Shown piece by piece: positions 53,641 to 64,000 of a stretch of 64,000 nucleotides of DNA (its first letter is position 1; every line of letters begins with the position of its first letter). The position numbers were made by a program, and so were the translations under genes. The stretch lies in NCBI GenBank assembly GCA_964016885.1, contig OZ024745.1, positions 15,252,001-15,316,000 of the forward strand, written 5' to 3'. The DNA is from Eledone cirrhosa (taxonomy: Eukaryota). The notes beneath the pieces were generated by a model, which was not told where the DNA came from, ran no database searches, and worked only from the letters and a program-made list of their open reading frames with translations.

Positions 53641-55437
53641 TTACCTTTTCGTTTCCTGGAGATCGGGTTGTTCAATCTCCATTTGGGTGCTGGATGGGGT
53701 GTTGGGTGGGATGGGGAAACCTTTCAACAGGACGTGGTTGATGGGTTTGTGGCAGGGGTTGCCCACGTCCTGTGAAAATTTAATTTTTAGGTCTTTATAG
53801 GTTTCCATAGAAACCCTTATAAGTTTAAGGTGTGGAGACGATTCTGCCTTGACGAAAGTTTTGCCCTCCGTCTCCACCTTGGGGTTTTGGGAGATGACCT
53901 CCATCAAACTCTTGTTGTTTGTGTTGATGTATGCATATTGTTGTTTGTGTTTTTGTTGTATTGTTTTAGTTTGTTGTTCATCCGGGAGTTTTCTTTTTAT
54001 GGTGGGTGCTTGTGTTTGGGGTGGTGTTGGTGCTAGTTTTGCTGATAGGGGGATGTTTGACTGTGGTGTTGTTTGTGTTGTTGTTTGTGTCTGTGGTTGT
54101 GTGTTGGTGTTGGTGATTGGAGTTTTGGGGGGTTTTGTGGTGTCCCTTTTTTTGTTTTTTAGATTTCCGCGGTTCTCCCTCTTCTTCACTTAAAGAAGGA
54201 GAAGCAGCTTCATCCGTCGATGAATAATCATCGTCAGGTGTGTGGGGGTAAGGGTATGTTGTGTGGTGGTGGTGGTGTTTCGGTATGTGTGTTTATGGTA
54301 ATGTTTGATGGAGTGGGATGGAGTGGGGATGTGTTCTTCAGGGGTGTTGTCTCTGTTTTTTCTGTTGTTGTTGGTTGAGTGTTTGTTTGTTTTGGTGTGG
54401 TTGCTCGTTTCGTCTGTCGTTGTACTTGTGGTGGTGGTGGTGGTTGTTTTGGTGTTGGTGTTGGTAATAGCGTTTTTTTTTATGATGTTGTTGCTGTGTG
54501 TTTGTGGACAAGAGGCTTTTAGGTGAGATGTGCTACCACAGCGAAAGCAGTGAAATTTTCGTCCTTCTACCGAAATGTTTATTTTGTTGTTATTATCAAT
54601 AACGACTCTTTCGGGTATTTTGGAGATTCTCTCCGGTTTCATTTGCAACAGAATCTCCAAATCGGTGCCCGCCCACCTTTGTCGAATGGATTTTCGTATC
54701 GAAAGTATTATGTCTGTTTCTGGCTCTACGAAGCCAGCCAAGATCCACCAGATGTTAATGCTTGGAGGTATGTTTTTTATTTTTATTTTTTGTCTCCTTT
54801 TCCCCATCTATGTAGGGAAAAAGGTGTATGCTTTTGACACTATTGGTGTCACAGAGTTTTTTGGGGCGAGTGCCTCGCTTTTAAACAGTACGGAAACACC
54901 TCCGTACTGTTTTCCTCGCTGGAGAAAATCGACATTTCCTAGAATCTCCTTGAAAGAATCTTCTATATCTGCTTGATTAACAAATGTCGGTTTTCTTGAC
55001 GAATTTGACACAGTCCTAAAAGTGACTGATCGGCGGTTTGTGTCTTCCTTTATTTCAAGGGGTGAGTTAATTCTAAACCCACCTCTTTCTTCGAAAGTTA
55101 CAAATTTTCTCCCAGGTTGGAGCATATCTCTTGCGTTGGAGATATCAAGATTTATAAAATCTTGTTTCTTGTTGACTGTGTCAGCGAAAGACATTTTCTT
55201 TTTTTGTGTGGTGTTGTTGTTGATAATGATGTTATCGTTGTTGGAAATTTTATGTGTAGATGTATCTGTAGAGTTGTTGATGTCTTTTTCATGTGTATGT
55301 ATGTCAATGGGTTTTTTTGCTGTGTTTTCCTGTGTGTTATTGTCATTTTACTCCGCTTCGGCGGTAGAAATTGTAAAGTTTTCAAATGTTGATATATTTT
55401 TTTCTTTTGTGATAGTTGTATCTATGGCAACGTCCAT
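53641..55437 (-). pseudogene. ORF1 of Tx1 copy 2 (start uncertain)
   Basis: Frameshifted ORFs 54808..55194, 54190..54807 and 53641..54189; CCHC knuckle; homologous to copy 1 ORF1. Confidence 0.82.
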
Positions 55438-55741
55438 AGCAGCAGAAGCAGATATAACGTTAATATCTGCCTCTTTCTCTCTCTTTTCTTTATTAACGTT
55501 CTCCAGCGTTCTAGTGTTGCTCAAGTTTTTTTACTTTGTAAAATCTGATATTTTAAAACAAATTTTTTAAAATAAAATTTTCGCCCCTACAGGGGCGAAA
55601 AATGGGATTACCACCCAGCTAACAATTCAGCTTGGGGGTTAAACTACAAAGTGTTGTATTTTTTCAAACAATTAGATCGTTTTTTGCATAGAATTTAACA
55701 AAAAACTTACCGGCGATATTCCACACGTCAGACAGAAAGAG

Positions 55742-55798
<57 letters not shown>

Positions 55799-55799
55799 T
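55742..55799. repeat. (GATA)n between Tx1 copies 2 and 3
   Basis: Seen directly. Confidence 0.95.
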
Positions 55800-57853
55800 G
55801 TTTCTTTTATTTGCCACCAGGGCATCAAAAGTGGGACAAGTACAATGGGGGAGTTTACAAAACAAGGCGTCCTCAATAAGGAGGAGGCAATAACAATATA
55901 TAAAAATAAAATAAAATATAACAAAAAATAAAATTTATAACAAAGTCCTCAATAGAGAGGAGGCGCCTTGGGGGGTCGCACACACACCCGAAAAAAGTGT
56001 GCAACCCTTCTCCTCAGGAGCACAGAGAAGGGGTGCTCCCTTGGTCTTTCATCTTCCTCACCTATAGTCTGATGTAGAGTGAAGGCCCATTCACACGGGC
56101 CATTCTCGCCACTTTCACCCATCTTTCATAGAAACGGCTGGGGTGCAGCACCTCTCTCTCCATCCTGATCCTTCTTCCGAAATGATATCGGAAGAAACGG
56201 ACCAGTTGTTGGCCAGAGAGAAAGGTGTCTGACCTCAGTCCTTTCAGACGCGTCCACCATACAACCTCTTTCGCCATGGCTATTACGCACAGAAACACCG
56301 CCTCTCCTTCGTTTTTGAAGAGGGGAGGCGGCTTGATCGTTACAATAGACTCGGTGGTCAACCGGATCGGTCCCACCCTTGACAGCAGTTGTTCGACATA
56401 GCCCCACAGATCGGCAATGTCCGAGCAGTGTACCAATGCGTGTGCAACGGTTTCCTCGTCACACACGCATCTGGGACAGACCTTTTTCGATGGGTCCCTA
56501 CCCGGGCGCCCGTGTCTGTAGAGCCCTTCTCGAACGGGCAGAGCCCTTCTGTAGCATTGCCAGGCCAGGGTCCCGGGCTGAATGTCCTACCGAACAGGTT
56601 GGCCAGTTCGTCTTCCTCCATGCCTAGGGCTTCTCCGAGGGCGTCATCGCACCTGCTAACCACCAGCCATCTATAGAATGACGAGGTGGATTCTCCACTG
56701 ACAGCCGGATCCGCCTGCCAGAAAGCCGTGAGCGCCTGGGCACATTCGGTGTGCCAGGCGCCCAGTTTTCTCGGTCTTTGCTTGACCCAGGATTGCAGCT
56801 CGGTGAGTGAGACGAGTCTGGGAAAGGCTCGCCTCACAAACGGGGCCCACACCGGTTGACGGGAGAGGAATACCTGAAGGTGCCGTAGCCTTAATGCGTG
56901 TTTACGTATCATCAGCCACGGCATCCCCAGCCCTCCTTTCGAAGGGTGTTGACAGCAGATGGATCTCCTCACCATAGGAGCCCGCCTCTTCCAAAGGAAT
57001 TGGAAGAGTGCGCGCTCCATTTTGGCGAGCGTTTCCCTTGGGCAAGGCACCACGGTCAGGCGGTAGTAGATGATGGACGCTATATAAGTGTTCGCCACCT
57101 CCGCCCGACCTTTCAGGGACAGTTTGCACTCGGCCCACTTCTGGGTCAGTGCAAACACCCTGCTCGTCACCTCACCCCAGTTCTTCTCCACCTGGAGGTC
57201 TGGTCCGAACCAGACCCCGAGCAACTTCACCGGGCCCTCCGTCAAACGCCCGACGACGCCATCGGAGGGCGTCGATCTGCCCCTCCACGTGCCGAGTTGC
57301 AGACCGATCGACTTGTCCCGGTTCAGCTTAGCCCCTGTAAACCTTTCGTACTCCTCCAGTAAGGTGCCGATCGCCCCGATTTCCGAGGCCGTCGACACCA
57401 TTACTGTTACGTCATCGGCGTAGGCTGACACCGCTTTCCGCAATCCCGGTTCCAACGGGATGCCCTGCAACAACTCCAACTTCCGCAGCAGTGGCTCTAG
57501 AGTCACTACATACAGAAGGGAGGAGAGAGGGCACCCCTGTCGGATGGACCGCGCGATTTCGAACGGCTCCGAAAGGTAGCCGTTCACCTTGACCCTAGAG
57601 CAGATGCGGCTGCTGTGCATGGCATTGATCCAGCCCCTGAAAACGGGTCCGAAGCCTGCCGCCGCTAGCACCGCATCCAGGTAACCATGGTCGACCCTAT
57701 CGAATGCCTTAGATTGATCCAAGTTGATCAGGGCCCCACCAAAGCCGGGTTCGTTCCCAACCCTCTCTATGATGTATCGCATGAGGTGGAGGTTATCGTG
57801 GATGGACCTGGACGGGATAGCACATGTCTGCGAATCTCCCACCAGGTTGCCCA
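55800..57853 (-). mobile_element. L1/Tx1-clade LINE copy 3, 5' truncated
   Basis: RT with SAYADD and C-terminal ETVAHALVHC. 57682-57853 is nearly identical to window positions 1-172 (copy 1 subfamily). Confidence 0.93.
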
Positions 57854-57919
57854 GATTCATTTTATTGAGGCTACATAGTGAGTATTGTTCCTCTGAGATT
57901 CCACCTACTTCTCCATTTG

Positions 57920-58040
57920 TGAAGGCGTGTGGCTGAGTGGTTAGAGAATTGGATTCGCAATCGTGAGGTTGTGAGTTCGATTCCTGGACCAGGCGATGCG
58001 TTATGTCCTTGAGCAAGACACTTTATTTCACGTTGCTGCT
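57920..58040 (+). mobile_element. tRNA-derived SINE family B, 3' truncated
   Basis: TGGCTGAGTGG, GAGTTCGATTCC and CCTTGAGCAAGACACTT. Confidence 0.78.
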
Positions 58041-58242
58041 TCTACCTGGAGTTGCGACCGATACATAGTATTAGCAATTGGAAAGACCAACGTAAACATT
58101 GTTTCCTCGGTCCGATTTGACGAATGTCGATCGTTCCTCTCCATAGTAACCAGTATTTAGCCTTAATAAAATGAATATTTAAACTCTACGTCGGTATTGT
58201 GTACTTTTTTCTCTCGGCTCTCGACTGCATACGGGTATATGC

Positions 58243-58273
<31 letters not shown>

Positions 58274-58441
58274 GGTGTGTGTGTGGGTGTATGTGTGTGT
58301 GTGTGGGTGTGCGTATGCGTGTGTATATATGTGTATTTATGTATATATGTATATAATCATAATTGTTATTATTATTAGTGATACTTCGAAGTAAGCAATT
58401 ATTAATAATACACACACGCACACATACTCACACACACACAC

Positions 58442-58488
<47 letters not shown>

Positions 58489-58490
58489 TG

Positions 58491-58578
<88 letters not shown>

Positions 58579-59238
58579 TACGTGTCTGTGTGTGTGTGTC
58601 TGTATGTGTGTATATATGTATATATATATGTGTGTGTGTGCATACTAATACTATATTAAACGCTTGAAGAAAGTTTTATTACTTGATACATCTGACAGCA
58701 ATTATAGTCACACAAATATACAAATATACAAACATACAAACATATAAACATCTGAATGTGTATGTGTATCACTACCAGAGATGTATCTACATATTCTTAT
58801 TCCTATTACTGTGTAGAACAATGTATGTAGTGCGTTTATTATACGTAGAAAATCAATAAGACAAAGCTGGCACCTCTTCGGAGTGCCTCACAGAACATTA
58901 AATGAAATCACACAATAGCGATGTAATTTGCAAACATTTTCCCTCGATACTCGCTGATAACGACTGTCATTAGCAGGTTTCCATCAGAGTGTTAGAAGCC
59001 CTATGTGGACGCCATTTTATTTCCTGATCTAAGCATTAAAATTGTCTACAATAGATGTTCAGATCAACAACAAAACCATATCTACCAAAGAATTGTATTA
59101 CAATGAATAAGATTCCAGAACAGTGTAAAGTAAGAATGATTGAAAATTTGCTATTATATTCTTATACTGTTGAATTATTTCTATTTCACTGGATAGGTTA
59201 CATGAAATTGTATGTTTCTTCGATAATCAATTGTTCAT

Positions 59239-59317
<79 letters not shown>

Positions 59318-59434
59318 TATACTTACATGTATATATAGATGTATATATACATATATATATAAAGATCCATACATGTGTACATATATAGGTATATACCTAT
59401 ATACATATATATGTACATATACATATACATACCT

Positions 59435-59483
<49 letters not shown>

Positions 59484-59593
59484 TGTTTATATTCATATAA
59501 AGATACATACATATGTGCAAATATATATATATACATACTTATATGCATATATATATATATATACATATATACATACATACTCACACATATATA

Positions 59594-59626
<33 letters not shown>

Positions 59627-59859
59627 TTATATATTGCAACCACAATTGTAGTCATTTAGTACCTGGCAGTTAAAGTTATCAAGACATCAATTGTAATATA
59701 ATGATAGGGTGTGAAGCAGACGATGTGTTGACACCATGGAAGACAAGATCGAGCGCATGTTGACCACTATAGTGTACCTACTTTAATCTTATTGCTAACT
59801 TACCCCCACTTTTCTTACAGATAATTCAAATAAACAGTGTATTGTCCACAACAATGTAC

Positions 59860-60272
59860 TTGTATATCTCTATAGACTTTATATTATCGACCCTGTGTGA
59901 ATGAGTGTCAAAGTTAGCCTCGGCGGTATTTGAATTCAGAACGTAAAGGGACGTAACTACTTACCGCACGGTATGTTGTCCGACGCTCTAATTCAGAATG
60001 TAAAGGGCCGTAACTACATACCGCAAAGAATGTTGTCCGACGCTCTAATGATTCTACTAATCGTACTTTAATATTGGTTTCTGATTTAGACACAAGGCCA
60101 ACAATTTTGGGGAAGGGGAAAGTCGATTAAATGAGCCCCAGTGTTTTACTGGTACTTTATTTTATCAACCCTGTAAGGATGAAAAGCAAAGCTAACCTCG
60201 GCGAGATTTGAAATCAAAACGTAAAGGGCCGTAACTTTCTGTCAGAAAGCATGGTGTCAGATGCTCCAATCG
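59860..60272 (-). mobile_element. Two degenerate SINE family A-related copies
   Basis: CCTCGGCG..TTTGAA..AACGTAAAGGGCCGTAACT recurs; CACAAGGCCA tail at about 60091. Confidence 0.65.
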
Positions 60273-60351
60273 TACTTTAATAATTGATTAAATAAACACA
60301 AAATCAAATATGTATGTCGTTACACGTCCGTATCTTTCTCACTTCATCATG

Positions 60352-60538
60352 GAAGGCGGTGGATTGGCAGAATCGGTAGAGGATCGGACGCCATGCTTTG
60401 ACGCATAGAGTTACGGCCCTTGCCATTCTGAGTTCAAATCCCTCCGAGGTTTACTTTGCCTTACGGGGTCGATAAAATAAAGTACCAGTAATACACTGGA
60501 ATAATTGCTGGCCTTCTGCCAAAAGTAGAAACAATTAT
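60352..60538 (+). mobile_element. SINE family A copy, near full length
   Basis: Matches the reverse complement of 16193-16388. Confidence 0.82.
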
Positions 60539-60903
60539 CATGGAGGAGGTTTTGTCCTATATTTATAAGTGGTTAGTCACGTAACCCCTTCCATAATTAG
60601 AAACTAGGAATTATAAAAAATGTTGATTAGATAAACATTTTTATTGGAAATTGGTATACATTGAATATTATTGCAGCATAAGACGTCTTTAATTCAGTTT
60701 AGGTCACTATTTTGAAAGAATGCATTCGTTGTATTAAATTACATAAACTGCAAGTTGAAATATTTAGCTGCGAGTTTGGATCATTTGTATGTCAAAAATG
60801 TAGTTTTCCCTTTTCATACATTTGTACACATTACGGAACAAGCACACACAGTAACACACACACACACACACAGATATATGGATAATATGTATCTATCTAT
60901 CTA

Positions 60904-60946
<43 letters not shown>

Positions 60947-61131
60947 TAGTTAAATGTTATGGTAGGCCATTTTTCAACTTGATACTTTAATGAAAGTAGT
61001 GTAGAGATATATACATTACATATGAACCTGACGGCCAATATTGAACCATTTTCATGATTTATTTCATTCAAACATCGAAACGGATTACGTTTGACGATCA
61101 TATTTGGATATAATTAATTAGAAATACATAT

Positions 61132-61172
<41 letters not shown>

Positions 61173-61182
61173 TGTGTGTGTG

Positions 61183-61260
<78 letters not shown>

Positions 61261-61296
61261 CGTGTGTGTGTGTGTGTGTGCATGTGTATATATATA

Positions 61297-62783
61297 TACA
61301 AAATGGCAATTCCTTATAACTTAGCCAGAAGGATCTGCACAATAGTTTCAGATAAATACACATGCTACACACGACTAGAAGAATTAAAAAACACACTTAT
61401 CACCAGAAACTACCCACCATCCCTAATCACCAATGGATTCCAACGTGCCCTAAAACTTGACATCCAGGAACTCAGACACCCCAAACCCAGGAATGAACCG
61501 CAACAGAAAACTCTACCATACATCTCCACACACAACCCCCTCAGCAATGAGGCATTCGACACGATCTTCCAGAACATTCCTTTACTAAAAAGAGACCCAA
61601 GAATGAACAAAATCCTCCAAACACACAACATCATAAAGAGCAAAAGACAACCTAAATCCATAAAAAACATCCTCACACAAGCCAAAATCCAACAAACCTT
61701 CACAATGAACCCTACAGTAACAAAATACGGAAGGCCCAACTGTGGCATATGCATAAAACTAATAGAAGGTTCAACATTACATTTTAAGCAAGGACAACAT
61801 TTCACAGTTAAACACAACTTTACATGTGTATCTGAAAACCTAATCTATGTTTTAACCTGCTGAGGCTGTCAAGAGCACTACATAGGACAGACAAAAAACA
61901 GCCTCCGTCAACGTATGACCGTCCATAAATCACAAATTAAAATACAGGAATACAGAAAGATTGCGTTTAGTGAACATATCGCAATTGTGCACCAAATCAA
62001 CACCCTAATTTTCCTCATTTACAAATTCATAGACAACGCTACTTTCATCCATCGTACCAATAAGGAAACGTATTTCATTAACAAATTCCAACCCCTACTT
62101 AATGCACTAAACTTCGGACTAAACTAAAACTGGAACGATCAATCAAACATTTATAAATACCTATGTCTTTCTAAAGAGTTACCTCCCTCACACCCTACCT
62201 AATCCTTTTTCTTAAATAAATTAAATATCATCCAGCATGAAATACTTCCCCTTGCAAATTAACTCTCTAAAAAGGGAAATCATATCAACCCCAGTCCACC
62301 ATTTACGTCCATCATGGATCAACTAAGCACTCTTGCTATATTAACACATTTTGATCTGCTTATCTTCAAGAACTATGCCTGTATATAACATTATTTTTTC
62401 TTGCACATTGACTTATTATGCTCCACATTACGCTCCTTTTTTTCTTTTTTCTTTTCACTTTATAAACCTTGTTCGTAAATAACATTATTCTTTCTGCACC
62501 ATGTCTTTAACATGTCCAACACCACCATTCTACACCAATACATATTTTTATCATTTGATAATGCAAAAAAGCTGAAACCGGTAATAGACAATTATTAAAT
62601 ATATAAATAAATAAATAAATGCCATTGTTAATTAATAAATAAATCAATTAATACCTTAAAACTTCACACAAAGTAAAATATTTCGTTTTAATCATTTTCT
62701 AACCCAGAAAAAAGAGAGAAATAAATAAAAAGGGAAAAAAATATATTTTTCTTCCTAATAATCGTCTTTTTCTACCTGTTTTC

Positions 62784-62785
<2 letters not shown>
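61297..62785 (+). mobile_element. Penelope-like element C, second copy (5' truncated)
   Basis: Closely matches about 30555-32050 ([12 protein letters not shown] to the terminal CCTGTTTTCA). HHR at 62551-62588. Embedded in (TA)n/(TG)n. Confidence 0.92.
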
Positions 62786-62869
<84 letters not shown>

Positions 62870-62871
<2 letters not shown>

Positions 62872-62953
62872 TTACATTCTATAATCCCAAGTATCAAGTA
62901 CCCTGATGAATTAGGGGCTTACTTGTTTAAATTGGTATAATTCTGATCCCTCT

Positions 62954-63034
<81 letters not shown>

Positions 63035-63125
63035 GAGAGAGAGAGAGATCAGAATTATACCAATTTAAACAAGTAAGCCCCTAATTCATCAGGGTACTTG
63101 ATACTTGGGATTATAGAATGTAAAT
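62870..63125. repeat. ~78-bp inverted repeat around a (CT)n(TA)n(GA)n spacer
   Basis: 62870-62948 is the reverse complement of 63047-63125. Confidence 0.88.
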
Positions 63126-63272
63126 ATTTGCCAGGGAATGGTTGGAAAAGTTAATATCTCTAAACAGTCTTCGTACACCCCGACGTAACTCGATGATGAA
63201 ACATGTGTTAGAATGTAGAATTAAATAAACTTTTCTAATCACACATTTTCTGTTTTTTCTAACATATTAACT

Positions 63273-63304
<32 letters not shown>

Positions 63305-64000
63305 AGTGTGTGCGTGTGTGTGAGTGCGCGCATATGGGTGTGCCTATGTGTTTGTGTGTGTGTGTATAAGACGTCTATAATCTCAGTATACAACAGAAAC
63401 ATAAGAATTATATCCACCACGTTTACGATATTTCACTCTCAACTATACCCAAACACTATCCTCTGTGTCACTTCTTCCATAGACACCTTGTCCATTGAGC
63501 TATAAATAGATACACTGTAAGCACAGAAGTCACTGTAAAATCATTCATATATTATCTGATAATTTTAAGATGAATTTGTTAGTGAGTGAGATGAATTATT
63601 CAATCTATTATTCTAATTATCAAAGATCAATTTATTGATTCGGTCATATTTCATCGTCTTAGTAAAACCATCCTTTTACATCGGGTCACACTATCATTCC
63701 TTTTACCAAACCCGCTCTAATTATTTGTACCTATATTTTAGATTTTGTTCTTAGTAATGTTACCATATCGTCTTTATTCCTTTATGTAAACGTTTCGAAG
63801 AAAATTATTCGTAACTACTACCATAACACAATATGAAATACACAAAACTTCAAACAGATATTCAGAAATTCTGGAATATTTATTAATAATGAAACAAAGG
63901 ACACACTATACAATCGGAATATTTGAAATGATACATCAACCCTCTCATAAATAAATTAGCACCTGGGAAATTAGATTATACAAAAATATGTGAACGCTGT

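Larger units (their letters stand above)
49926..55730 (-). mobile_element. L1/Tx1-clade LINE copy 2, full length (~5.8 kb), degenerate
   Basis: ORF1 with CFRCGSTSHLKASC; ORF2 with APE, RT (LDQSKAFDRV, SIRQGCPLS, AYADN) and C-terminal CPRC..ETVLHAIVHC. AATAAA near the 3' end; (GATA)n on both sides. Confidence 0.95.

Noticed and set aside
57920-57992. tRNA gene (also 17384 and 47919)
   Set aside because: A and B boxes are present, but the cloverleaf is poor and the sequence continues into a shared SINE core.
57854-58016. N-terminal extension of ORF 56358..58016
   Set aside because: Read-through from flank and antisense SINE; LINE homology stops at 57853.
61858-61870. In-frame TGA in the GIY-YIG CxxC region as selenocysteine
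   Set aside because: The sister copy has TCA (Ser) at this codon, so it is a simple nonsense mutation.

Overview
Eukaryotic, AT-rich, microsatellite-dense DNA. It looks like animal intergenic or intronic sequence, and the SINE families suggest a cephalopod (inference only). I found no host protein-coding exon, rRNA, true tRNA or CRISPR. The window is almost entirely mobile DNA: three L1/Tx1-clade LINEs on the minus strand that abut (GATA)n tracts, one of them split in ORF1 by a non-autonomous Helitron; Penelope-like elements (PLEs, RT plus GIY-YIG) of at least three distinct types, mostly in (TA)n tracts; RTE LINE fragments; two tRNA-derived SINE families; two Tc1/mariner derivatives; and a 7.3 kb array of 39-bp units. 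The ORF track misses the most striking signal, which is about a dozen hammerhead ribozyme (HHR) motifs. Several have long stem II inserts or compensatory U3-A8 cores. Several sit in short non-coding elements with inverted ends, including a ~540-bp tandem HHR repeat at 37875-38927 that looks like a retrozyme or circular-RNA template. All calls were made by eye, without database searches or folding software.
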